From an uncultured Clostridia bacterium (lineage in GTDB: Bacteria > Bacillota > Clostridia > Oscillospirales > Oscillospiraceae), in the NCBI GenBank assembly GCA_946186225.1, contig CAMHMK010000001.1, positions 1-62,085 of the forward strand: a DNA stretch of 62,085 nucleotides, read 5' to 3'. How positions within the stretch are numbered: position 1 is the stretch's first letter; every line of letters starts with the position of its first letter. Both the position numbers and the translations under genes were made by a program. Under the pieces are notes generated by a model, which saw nothing but the letters and a program-made list of their open reading frames with translations, was not told where the DNA came from and ran no database searches. Positions 37,761 through 49,421 of the stretch are shown here, piece by piece.

Positions 37761-38936
37761 ATGGCTTTGTTCCGTAAAAAACAGGACCCGATGGAGCGGC
37801 TGCACCAGCAGGAGCTGGACGAGACCGGCATTCTGGATATGCCCTATCTGGTGCTGACGGTCCTTCTGGTCTCCATCGGCGTGCTGATGATGTTCTCCGC
37901 CAGCTACGCCCGCGCCTACTATGACACCGGCAACTCCGCCTTTTACTTCGTGCGCCAGGCCATGTTCGCAGCCGGCGGCATCGTCGTCACCGTTTTGGTC
38001 GGCCGACTGAACTACTTCATCTGGTACCGGCTGGCCCTGCCGATCCTGGCGGTCTCCATCGTACTGCTGGGCATGGTGCTGATTCCCGGCGTAGGCGTGA
38101 CCCACAACGGCGCGACCCGCTGGCTCAAGATCGGCATTGAATTTCAGCCCTCCGAAATTGCAAAGCTGGGTATGATCCTGGCATTTGCGGCGATGATGGC
38201 CGTCTGGCAGGACAAGATGAACACCTTCCGCTACGGCGTTCTGCCCTACGGCATCGTTCTGGTGATGGTGGCCGGTCTGCTGGTCCTGCAGAAGCACCTC
38301 TCCGCAACCCTGATCATTATGCTGATCGGCGCGACGATGATGCTGCTCGGCGGCACCCAGAAGCGCTGGTTCCTGATCGGCGGCGTGCTGGTGGCGATCT
38401 TCCTGCTGGTCTATTTGAAGAGCCGCGGCTATGCCAACGCACGCGTCACGGCCCATCTGGACCCCGAGAGCGACCGCCTGGGCAGCGGATATCAGATCAT
38501 CCAGTCCCGCTATGCGATCGGCTCCGGCGGACTGCTGGGCCTGGGCTTCGGCCGCAGCCGCCAGAAGTACCTCTACCTTCCTGAGGGCCACAACGACTAC
38601 ATTTTCGCCATCGTCTGCGAGGAGCTGGGCTTCGTCGGGGCGGTTGGCGTCATGATCCTCTTTATCATGCTGATCCTGCGGGGCTACTGGATTGCGATCC
38701 ACGCCCGCGACCGCTTCGGCACCCTGGTCGCTGCGGGCTTCACGACGAAGCTGGCACTCCAGGTCTTCTTCAACATCGGCGTCGTCACGAACTACCTGCC
38801 CTCCACGGGCATTTCCCTGCCCTTCTTCTCCTACGGCGGGACGGCTCTGCTGCTGCAGATGTTCGAGATGGGCGTCGTGCTCAGCGTCTCGCGCTGGTGC
38901 GTCAACAAGAAGGCATTGCGGAGGAAGCCGGCATGA
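37761..38936 (+). CDS. ftsW: SEDS-family peptidoglycan polymerase FtsW/SpoVE
   Basis: Polytopic. RWLKIG.EFQPSEIAKL and LPSTGISLPFFSYGGTALL motifs. The start MALFRKK is assigned by the RBS. Confidence 0.9.
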   Translation: MALFRKKQDPMERLHQQELDETGILDMPYLVLTVLLVSIGVLMMFSASYARAYYDTGNSAFYFVRQAMFAAGGIVVTVLVGRLNYFIWYRLALPILAVSIVLLGMVLIPGVGVTHNGATRWLKIGIEFQPSEIAKLGMILAFAAMMAVWQDKMNTFRYGVLPYGIVLVMVAGLLVLQKHLSATLIIMLIGATMMLLGGTQKRWFLIGGVLVAIFLLVYLKSRGYANARVTAHLDPESDRLGSGYQIIQSRYAIGSGGLLGLGFGRSRQKYLYLPEGHNDYIFAIVCEELGFVGAVGVMILFIMLILRGYWIAIHARDRFGTLVAAGFTTKLALQVFFNIGVVTNYLPSTGISLPFFSYGGTALLLQMFEMGVVLSVSRWCVNKKALRRKPA

Positions 38937-40057
38937 GAGTGATTTTTACCTGCGGCGGTACCGCCGGACATATCAACCCCGCCATCTCCGTGGCCAAGCT
39001 CCTGCAGGCGCGGCGGCCGGACGCCGAGATCCTCTTCGTCGGCGCCGAGGACGGGATGGAGCGCAAGCTGGTGCCCCGGGAGGGATACCGGCTGGAAACC
39101 CTGAAAATTTCAAACTACCAGCGCAAGCTGACGCCCAAGGGCATCTGGCACAATCTGGTGACCCTGAAAAACCTCCGGGGCTCGCTGCGGAAGGCAGACC
39201 GCATCCTCAAGGACTTCCGGCCCGACGTGATCGTCGGCACCGGCGGCTACGCCTCCTTCCCGATGCTCAAGCAGGGTGCGAAGCGCGGCGTGCCCACGGC
39301 CGTCCATGAGGCCAACGCCATGCCCGGTCTGACGACCCGGATGGTGGCCGATTCCGCGACGCGGATCATGGTCTGCTTCCCCGAGAGCCGGGACTACTAC
39401 AAGAACCCCGAACGGGTTCAGGTGGTGGGCATGCCGGTCCGGGAGGAATTCCTGTATACGACCCGCGCGGAGGCACGGAAGGCCCTGGGACTGGGCGACG
39501 AGCCCCTGGTGGTCTCGGCCTGGGGCAGTCTTGGCGCACGGGAGATGAACCGGATGATCACCGACTTCATGCTCCTGGAGGTGCAAAACGGCTGTCCCTG
39601 GCGGCACGTCCACGCCACCGGCTCCTATGGCTGGCGGTGGATGCCGGACTGGACGAAGGAACACGGTCTGGACCTGGCCGCTCATCCGCAGCTGGAGCTC
39701 CGCGAATATATCTATAACATGCCCCAGCTGATGGCGGCGGCGGACCTGATCATCACCCGCGCCGGCGCCTCCACGCTGAACGAGATCCAGGCGGCGGGGA
39801 CGCCCTGCATCATCGTCCCCTCCCCCAACGTGACCGACAACCACCAGGAGAAAAACGCCCGCATTCTGGAGCGACACAAGGCCGCCGTGGTTCTGACAGA
39901 GCCCGGTCTGACCGCGCAGGCCCTCTACGAGGCCGCTGACGCCCTTCTGCGCGACGCACCGCGACGTGCCGCCATGCGCTCTGCCCTGCATGAGATGGCC
40001 GTGGTGGACAGCGCCGAGCGCATCTGCCAGACCGTCCTGGACCTGGCCAAGGCTTAG
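38933..40057 (+). CDS. murG: UDP-GlcNAc:lipid I GlcNAc transferase
   Basis: Start MRVIFTCGGTAGHINPAISVA (ATGA overlap with ftsW). ...ITRAGASTLNEIQAAGTPCIIVPSP. Confidence 0.95.
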   Translation: MRVIFTCGGTAGHINPAISVAKLLQARRPDAEILFVGAEDGMERKLVPREGYRLETLKISNYQRKLTPKGIWHNLVTLKNLRGSLRKADRILKDFRPDVIVGTGGYASFPMLKQGAKRGVPTAVHEANAMPGLTTRMVADSATRIMVCFPESRDYYKNPERVQVVGMPVREEFLYTTRAEARKALGLGDEPLVVSAWGSLGAREMNRMITDFMLLEVQNGCPWRHVHATGSYGWRWMPDWTKEHGLDLAAHPQLELREYIYNMPQLMAAADLIITRAGASTLNEIQAAGTPCIIVPSPNVTDNHQEKNARILERHKAAVVLTEPGLTAQALYEAADALLRDAPRRAAMRSALHEMAVVDSAERICQTVLDLAKA

Positions 40058-40106
40058 CACCCAAACCTCCTCTGCCGCATAGAATGGCAGGAGAGGAGGT
40101 CGGGCG

Positions 40107-41348
40107 TTGGAACGCATCCGAATTCGGGGCGGCAGACCGCTATGCGGCGTCGTCCGCGTCCACGGCGGAAAAAATGCCGCGCTGCCGATCTTGACGGCCA
40201 CAGCGGCCATCCGCGGACGCTTCATCCTGCACAACTGTCCCGCGATCCGGGACGTGGAAATCACATGCGAGATCCTGCAGGCCCAGGGCGTCACTGCCGT
40301 CCGGAAGGGCGGCAGTCTGACCGTTGACAGTACCGGGCTGCGGCCCGGACCCATCGATCCCCGGCTGGCCGGCAGGCTCCGGTCCTCCGTCCTGTTCCTC
40401 GGCGCGGATCTGGCCGCCTTCGGGGAAGCAGTCATTCCCCTGCCCGGCGGCTGTGTCCTGGGGGCCAGGCCGCTGGATCTCCACCGCGCCGGCCTGGAGG
40501 CTCTGGGCGTGGAGACCGCCTGCGACAGCCGCGGGCTGATCGCTCGCGGACGGCCCCGGAGCGGGACCGTGATCCTGCGCTACCCCAGCGTAGGAGCGAC
40601 GGAGAACCTGCTGCTGGCCGCCCTGGGAGCAGAGGGGCCGGTCCGAATCCTCGGCGCAGCCCTGGAACCGGAGATCGACGATCTTTGTGCCTTTCTGGCC
40701 GCTTGCGGGGCGGAACTCCGGGGCGTCGGAACCTCCTGCCTGACCCTGACGCCCCAGCCCATGCACGGAGCGGAGCACCGAATCCTGCCCGACCGGATGG
40801 AGGCCGCCACCTATCTCTGCGCTGCCGCCTGCACGGGCGGCAATCTGACGCTGACCGATCTGATCCCCGCGCAGCTTGCGCCGGTCACGCAGGCCCTGCG
40901 CGCCGCGGGCTGCACTCTTGACGAAGCAGCGGACCGTCTTACCATCTCCGGACCGGCGCGGCAGGCCATCCCGCCCCTGCGCACCGGACCCTATCCCGGC
41001 TTCCCGACGGACGCCCAGGCCCCGCTGACCGCGGCCCTGTGCCGGGCAAAGGGCTCCACGGTTCTGGAGGAAACGGTCTTTGAGGACCGCTTCCGGCACG
41101 TGCCCGCCCTGCTGGCGATGGGCGCAAGGATCGAAGGCGGCGGTCGGCTGATCCGCATCCAAGGCGTCCCCCGGCTTCACGGCGCAGATCTGGAGGCCAC
41201 CGACCTGCGCGGCGGAGCCGCGATGCTATGCGCCGCCCTCGGCGCGGAGGGTGAGACCCTGATCCGCCGCGCCGGACTGCTGGACCGGGGCTATCAGGAC
41301 CTGGTCCCTCTGCTGCAGCGCCTCGGCGCTGCCCTTGAACCCGAATAA
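40107..41348 (+). CDS. murA: UDP-N-acetylglucosamine 1-carboxyvinyltransferase (TTG start)
   Basis: TTG 40107, 7 nt after GGAGAGGAGG. GGKNAALPIL and PGGCVLGARPLDLH (active-site Cys loop). Confidence 0.9.
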   Translation: MERIRIRGGRPLCGVVRVHGGKNAALPILTATAAIRGRFILHNCPAIRDVEITCEILQAQGVTAVRKGGSLTVDSTGLRPGPIDPRLAGRLRSSVLFLGADLAAFGEAVIPLPGGCVLGARPLDLHRAGLEALGVETACDSRGLIARGRPRSGTVILRYPSVGATENLLLAALGAEGPVRILGAALEPEIDDLCAFLAACGAELRGVGTSCLTLTPQPMHGAEHRILPDRMEAATYLCAAACTGGNLTLTDLIPAQLAPVTQALRAAGCTLDEAADRLTISGPARQAIPPLRTGPYPGFPTDAQAPLTAALCRAKGSTVLEETVFEDRFRHVPALLAMGARIEGGGRLIRIQGVPRLHGADLEATDLRGGAAMLCAALGAEGETLIRRAGLLDRGYQDLVPLLQRLGAALEPE

Positions 41349-41374
41349 TACCCCCACCCACGGAGGAAACAGAT

Positions 41375-42793
41375 ATGGACGAACAGAGAAGACCGCGGTC
41401 CCCGGAAAACCGCGGGAGCGCGACGACGCGGGAGCGTCCCCGCCGTCCTGGCCCGCAGCCGCCCAGGCGGCAGAGCGGCACGACCTCAGACCGCAACCGC
41501 GAGCGGCAGCAGCGTCTGTCCGAGCGGAATCCGGCGACAGACCGAAGCCGTTCTTCCGTCGACCGGACCCGCGAACGCCAAACCGAACGAGTCCGCGAAC
41601 GCCAGCCGGAAAGGACCCGCGAGCGCCAGCCGGCGCGCCGCGAGGGGCAAAACCGGAACCGAGAGCCGGGGCATAAGACCGGCCCGGAGGAGGCGCAGCG
41701 CAGACAGCGCGCCCGGAAGCCGGAGCCCCAAAAGGCCGCCCCGAAGCGGAAAAAGAAAAAACCGCACCGCATCTACAACACCAATTTCGGCTTCAAATTC
41801 GTGACGATGCTCGCCGTGGTCGGCGTCATTGTGCTGGCGATGCTGATCTTCTTTAAGGTCAAACACATCAACGTGATCCAAACCGGCGTGAACAACGAGA
41901 ACGTCCTGGCCCATGAAGTGACGCCGCCCGACAGAACAGAGACGACCTCCCCGACGGAAGTTGAGCAGACACCAGGCGAATCGGCCGGCGAAGGCTCGGA
42001 GCCGTCCTCCGCAGCCACCGACACGGAACCCTCTGCGAGCGCCGAGAGCGCCGCAGCGGAGTCCGCGATCCCGCCCGAGCAAACCGAAGCCCCTCCCCCG
42101 GAGACCATCCCCCCTGCCCCGCAGGGCGGCGCAGCCGTGGAGGGAAGCTTCAGCTACTACACGCCCGAGGAGATCGTGGCTGCCTCCGGCATCAGCATCG
42201 ACGACAATCTGCTGAGTCTGAGCAAGGCGGCCGTGGCCTCCCGCATCCATGCGGAGCTGCCCTACATCAACGAGATCCAAATCCGGAAGAAGCTCCCCAA
42301 CACCGTGATCATCACGGTCTCCGAGTTCACCGTCACCTACGGCATTCAGGACGAGCACGGACTCTGGTGGCTGATCAGCCGGGAGGGCCGGGTGCTCCAG
42401 CGGGCCGACGACCGGACCGTGAAGGACCATATGATCGTGACCGGCATGCCCATCGAGGCCCCGCAGGTCGGCGACTACATCAGGCCGATGGCCACCCCCG
42501 GCGCGGACCTCTCCGAGATCGCCGCCAAGCGGGATGCGATCCTTGCAACCCTGCCCCTGCTGGAGCAGGCCAGCTTCGCCAAGGAGATCGTCTCTCTGGA
42601 CGTTTCGACCTCCTACGATCTGATCGTCTGGTACGGGACCCAGTTTGAGGTCAAGCTGGGAAACACCGAGAACCTGACCTACAAGCTGAATTACCTGGCC
42701 TCGGTGCTCGCGGAGCTCGGAAGCGACAAATCCGGAACCATCGACCTCACCTTTACCGAGGATAACAAGGGACATTTCCTGCCCTTCGGATAA
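41375..42793 (+). CDS. ftsQ: FtsQ/DivIB cell-division protein with a ~135-aa Arg-rich N-terminal extension
   Basis: One TM segment (FVTMLAVVGVIVLAMLIFF), a Ser/Thr/Pro/Glu linker, and a POTRA-like segment YYTPEEIVAASGI..DNLL......A..I...LPYI.EIQIRKKLPNTVIITVSE. Confidence 0.85.
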   Translation: MDEQRRPRSPENRGSATTRERPRRPGPQPPRRQSGTTSDRNRERQQRLSERNPATDRSRSSVDRTRERQTERVRERQPERTRERQPARREGQNRNREPGHKTGPEEAQRRQRARKPEPQKAAPKRKKKKPHRIYNTNFGFKFVTMLAVVGVIVLAMLIFFKVKHINVIQTGVNNENVLAHEVTPPDRTETTSPTEVEQTPGESAGEGSEPSSAATDTEPSASAESAAAESAIPPEQTEAPPPETIPPAPQGGAAVEGSFSYYTPEEIVAASGISIDDNLLSLSKAAVASRIHAELPYINEIQIRKKLPNTVIITVSEFTVTYGIQDEHGLWWLISREGRVLQRADDRTVKDHMIVTGMPIEAPQVGDYIRPMATPGADLSEIAAKRDAILATLPLLEQASFAKEIVSLDVSTSYDLIVWYGTQFEVKLGNTENLTYKLNYLASVLAELGSDKSGTIDLTFTEDNKGHFLPFG

Positions 42794-42820
42794 TTTTCAG
42801 AAAAATTTACAAAATACCAA

Positions 42821-42849
42821 TTGACTATTTCCCAAAAGCAGGATACAAT
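42821..42849 (+). promoter_or_regulatory. Sigma-70-type promoter of ftsZ
   Basis: TTGACT, a 17-nt spacer, then TACAAT, in an AT-rich spacer. Confidence 0.65.
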
Positions 42850-42928
42850 AAAAAGGTATAAATGTGCTTATTCTGCGCATACTGCATCTCAGATGCAGAA
42901 CACGATAGATACATAGGAGGGCGTACTC

Positions 42929-44059
<1,131 letters not shown>

Positions 44060-44073
44060 GCTTGCAAGTAATT

Positions 44074-44103
44074 ATCCCCCGCTCCGAACCCGGAGCGGGG
44101 GAT
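44074..44103 (+). terminator. Terminator of ftsZ
   Basis: ATCCCCCGCTCCG-AACC-CGGAGCGGGGGAT followed by TGTTGT. Confidence 0.7.
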
Positions 44104-44109
44104 TGTTGT

Positions 44110-44148
44110 CATACGAAAACCCCGCGCTAGGCGTGGGGTTTTCGTATG
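44110..44148. terminator. Long hairpin between the convergent ftsZ and tuf genes
   Basis: CATACGAAAACCCCGCGC-TA-GGCGTGGGGTTTTCGTATG, a 17-18 bp stem with internal A/T tracts. Confidence 0.6.
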
Positions 44149-44150
44149 GC

Positions 44151-44182
44151 AAAAATTCGCTCCGGCTCGATGAGCCGGAGCG
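44151..44182 (-). terminator. Rho-independent terminator of tuf
   Basis: The minus strand reads CGCTCCGGCTC-ATC-GAGCCGGAGCG followed by AATTTTT. Confidence 0.8.
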
Positions 44183-44210
44183 ATTGGTTGTGCAAATCAG
44201 CCGATTCGGA

Positions 44211-45416
44211 TTAGTCCTCGTTGATGGCGATGACGACACCGGAGCCGACGGTTCTGCCGCCTTCGCGGATAGCGAAGCGGAGGCCGTTCTCAATGGCGAT
44301 CGGGGTGATCAGCTCGACGTCCATGTCGACGTTGTCGCCGGGCATGCACATCTCAACGCCTTCGGGCAGGGAGATGACGCCGGTCACGTCGGTGGTACGG
44401 AAGTAGAACTGGGGACGGTAGTTGTTGAAGAACGGGGTGTGACGGCCGCCTTCTTCCTTGGTCAGGACGTAAACCTGGCCCTTGAACTTGGTGTGGGGAT
44501 GAATGGAACCGGGCTTCGCCAGAACCTGGCCACGCTCGATGGACTTCTTGTCAACGCCGCGGAGCAGAGCGCCGATGTTGTCGCCGGCCTCAGCGAAGTC
44601 AAGCAGCTTGTGGAACATCTCGATGTCGGTGACAACGGTGTTCTTCTTCTCGTCGGACAGACCAACGATCTCGACGGGCTCCATCTTCTTGATGACACCA
44701 CGCTCGACACGACCGGTGGCAACAGTGCCGCGGCCGGAGATGGTGAAGACGTCCTCAACGGGCATCAGGAAGGGCATATCGTCGTTACGGGCCGGGGTGG
44801 GAATCCAGGTATCGACAGCGTCCATGAGCTCCTTGATGCAGGCGTACTCGGGGGCGTTGGGATCGGTGGACTCGGAAACCAGAGCGTTCAGAGCGGAGCC
44901 GCGGATGATCGGGGTGTCGTCGCCGGGGAAGCCGTAGAAGTCGAGGGTCTCGCGGACTTCCATCTCAACGAGCTCGAGCAGCTCTTCGTCGTCAACCTGG
45001 TCGCACTTGTTCAGGAAAACCAGAACGGAAGGAACGTTAACCTGACGGGCGAGCAGCAGGTGCTCCTTGGTCTGAGCCATGGGGCCGTCGGAGGCAGCGA
45101 TAACCAGGATCGCACCGTCCATCTGAGCAGCGCCGGTGATCATGTTCTTGATGTAGTCGGCGTGGCCCGGGCAGTCAACGTGGGCGTAGTGGCGGGCAGC
45201 AGTCTCATACTCAACGTGAGCAGTGTTGATGGTGATGCCGCGCTCTCTCTCTTCGGGAGCCTTGTCGATGGAAGAGTAATCGGTGTACTCAGCGCCGCCC
45301 AGCATCGCCAGATACTTGGTGATGGCCGCGGTCAGAGTGGTCTTGCCATGGTCAATATGGCCGATGGTGCCGATATTGACATGGGGCTTGGTTCTATTGA
45401 ATTTCTGCTTTGCCAT
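44211..45416 (-). CDS. tuf: Elongation factor Tu
   Basis: [32 protein letters not shown]..., 401 aa. Confidence 0.99.
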   Translation of the reverse strand: MAKQKFNRTKPHVNIGTIGHIDHGKTTLTAAITKYLAMLGGAEYTDYSSIDKAPEERERGITINTAHVEYETAARHYAHVDCPGHADYIKNMITGAAQMDGAILVIAASDGPMAQTKEHLLLARQVNVPSVLVFLNKCDQVDDEELLELVEMEVRETLDFYGFPGDDTPIIRGSALNALVSESTDPNAPEYACIKELMDAVDTWIPTPARNDDMPFLMPVEDVFTISGRGTVATGRVERGVIKKMEPVEIVGLSDEKKNTVVTDIEMFHKLLDFAEAGDNIGALLRGVDKKSIERGQVLAKPGSIHPHTKFKGQVYVLTKEEGGRHTPFFNNYRPQFYFRTTDVTGVISLPEGVEMCMPGDNVDMDVELITPIAIENGLRFAIREGGRTVGSGVVIAINED

Positions 45417-45479
45417 GGATGTTTTCCTCCTGTAAAGTTGTAAGTCAATGACTTGCCCATATATTCAGACATAAATGCA

Positions 45480-45508
45480 TTTTACAACAAGTCGCCCGAA
45501 AATACAAG
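45480..45508 (-). promoter_or_regulatory. Candidate internal promoter in front of tuf
   Basis: The minus strand reads TTGTAT, a 17-nt spacer, then TAAAAT. It is preceded by a 7-bp hairpin AAGCTGA/TCAGCTT after the fusA stop. Confidence 0.55.
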
Positions 45509-45545
45509 CATTATTTTTGGAAAAGCTGATAATTTTCAGCTTTGC

Positions 45546-47624
<2,079 letters not shown>

Positions 47625-47657
47625 GGTACAACTCCTTTGTTCCGGTTGGGGTGGTGA

Positions 47658-48128
47658 TTACCAGCGGAAGTGGGAGAAAGCCTTGTTGGCTTCTGCCATC
47701 TTGTGGGTGTCTTCGCGCTTCTTCACGGACGCGCCGGTGTTGTTGCAGGCATCCATGATCTCGCCGGCCAGACGCTCACGCATGGTCTTCTCGCTGCGCT
47801 TGCGGGAATAGGCGGTGATCCAACGCAGACCGAGCGTCTGACGACGTTCGGGCTTGACCTCCAGGGGGACCTGGTAGGTGGCGCCGCCGACGCGGCGGGA
47901 CTTGACTTCCAGCGCGGGCATGATGTTTTCCATCGCCTGCTGGAACGCCTCTAAACCGTTTTTGCCGGTTTTCTGTTCGACAAGTTCAAAGGCACCGTAG
48001 ACGACCTTCTGGGCAACGCCCTTCTTGCCGTCGAGCATAATGCTGTTGACGAGCTTGGTAACCAGAACGGAATTGTAAATCGGATCCGGGAGAACTTCTC
48101 TCTTGGGAACATTACCTCTTCTGGGCAC
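47658..48128 (-). CDS. rpsG: 30S ribosomal protein S7 (GTG start)
   Basis: GTG 48128, 7 nt after GGAGGG, gives (M)[19 protein letters not shown], the canonical S7 N-terminus. The six extra codons in the ORF track are upstream of the RBS. Confidence 0.96.
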   Translation of the reverse strand: MPRRGNVPKREVLPDPIYNSVLVTKLVNSIMLDGKKGVAQKVVYGAFELVEQKTGKNGLEAFQQAMENIMPALEVKSRRVGGATYQVPLEVKPERRQTLGLRWITAYSRKRSEKTMRERLAGEIMDACNNTGASVKKREDTHKMAEANKAFSHFRW

Positions 48129-48294
48129 TTCGCTTCCCTCCTTCATATAATAATGATTTCATAGGTACTTCAGGGGGACTTTCACCCTCTGTCGGTGCTT
48201 GCCTGAGGCGTACAGATCCGATGATCTATATCAACTCATGGCAAGGGTCTTGCCTTGTCACAAGGCAAATAATCTCAATGGTGGAGCCGAAGAA

Positions 48295-48720
48295 TTACTT
48301 CTTCTTGGCAGCCTTGGGCCGCTTGGCGCCGTACTTGGAACGGGCCTGCATTCTGCCCTGGACGCCCTGGGTGTCGAGCGTGCCGCGGATGATGTGGTAA
48401 CGAACGCCGGGGAGGTCCTTGACACGACCGCCGCGGATCATAACCACGGAGTGCTCCTGCAGGTTGTGGCCTTCGCCGGGGATGTAGGCGGTGACCTCGT
48501 AGCCGTTGGTCAGGCGAACACGGGCGATCTTACGAAGCGCGGAGTTCGGCTTCTTGGGGGTGGAGGTACGCACAGCGGTGCAGACGCCTCTCTTCTGGGG
48601 GGACGGCAGATCGGTGGTGTGGTTCTTGATGGTGTTCATACCCTTCTGCAGAGCGGGAGCGGTGGACTTGTAGGTGGACATCTCACGGCCCTTGCGAACC
48701 AGCTGGTTAAAAGTAGGCAT
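48295..48720 (-). CDS. rpsL: 30S ribosomal protein S12
   Basis: [13 protein letters not shown]...[19 protein letters not shown].... Confidence 0.98.
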   Translation of the reverse strand: MPTFNQLVRKGREMSTYKSTAPALQKGMNTIKNHTTDLPSPQKRGVCTAVRTSTPKKPNSALRKIARVRLTNGYEVTAYIPGEGHNLQEHSVVMIRGGRVKDLPGVRYHIIRGTLDTQGVQGRMQARSKYGAKRPKAAKKK

Positions 48721-48817
48721 ATTTGTCTCCTTTCCTTTAAAATTCCGGGCTTGCCCGGTTATTATATCCGGGAATCAAAGATTTGATTCCGCAGATGACA
48801 GATGGAAACGGAAAGCC

Positions 48818-49069
48818 TCAGCTCTCCGGTCTGCGCAGCCCCGCCGCGCTGGCCCCCACAGCAATGCCGCAGGCCGCGCCAAGCTCGCGCATGGTGGACA
48901 CCCAATCGACCCGGACGCCTTCGGCCTCGGCCCGCTGGGCAATGGGAGCCGTGAGCGCGGGATCGGCGTCAGAGGCCAGAAAGACGCGCAGGAGCTCTCC
49001 CCTGCTCAGTGCCTTGCGAAGCTGCTTGATGCCGACGACCTTCGGGGAATTTTTCAGCTCGCTGAGCAA
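48818..49069 (-). CDS. Ribosome-associated L7Ae-family protein (YbxF/RplGB-like), probable TTG start
   Basis: VVGIKQLRKALSRGELLRVFLASDADP....MRELGAACGIAVGASAAG matches the L7Ae fold protein found upstream of rpsL in Firmicutes. TTG 49069 lies 8 nt after GGAGG and gives 83 aa. The ORF-track start 49105 has no RBS. Confidence 0.8.
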   Translation of the reverse strand: MLSELKNSPKVVGIKQLRKALSRGELLRVFLASDADPALTAPIAQRAEAEGVRVDWVSTMRELGAACGIAVGASAAGLRRPES

Positions 49070-49262
49070 CCTTCGCACCTCCGGGAGTCTAATACTAAAA
49101 TTCAATGATCAAGTTCATTGAATTTTGCTGCGCTTCGCGCAGCCTTTCCGGCACGTCGTGCCGAAAAGCCGTCTCATGCGATCATTGATCAAAAGAACCC
49201 TTTTGGTCAAAAAACAGCATAAAAATGGGCGTACTTGGGCATAAAAGCCCACACAGGTTGGT

Positions 49263-49291
49263 ATTATATCAGCTTTCACGAAAATAGTCAA
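49263..49291 (-). promoter_or_regulatory. Sigma-70-type promoter of the str operon
   Basis: The minus strand reads TTGACT (49291-49286), a 17-nt spacer, then TATAAT (49268-49263). This implies a ~185-nt leader. Confidence 0.7.
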
Positions 49292-49346
49292 GATTTTTTG
49301 TGAATAATGCAGAAGAATTTTTCAAAACTTTTCCATCCCCCGGCGC

Positions 49347-49377
49347 AAAACAGGCCGGAGGCAATGCCTCCGGCCTG
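49347..49377 (-). terminator. Rho-independent terminator of the zinc-ribbon membrane protein gene
   Basis: Perfect 12-bp stem CAGGCCGGAGGC-ATT-GCCTCCGGCCTG followed by TTTTG on the minus strand. Confidence 0.85.
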
Positions 49378-49421
49378 TGGGTCAGATGGGATGACGTGCG
49401 TTTGCGGGCGGAACCTGCCGA

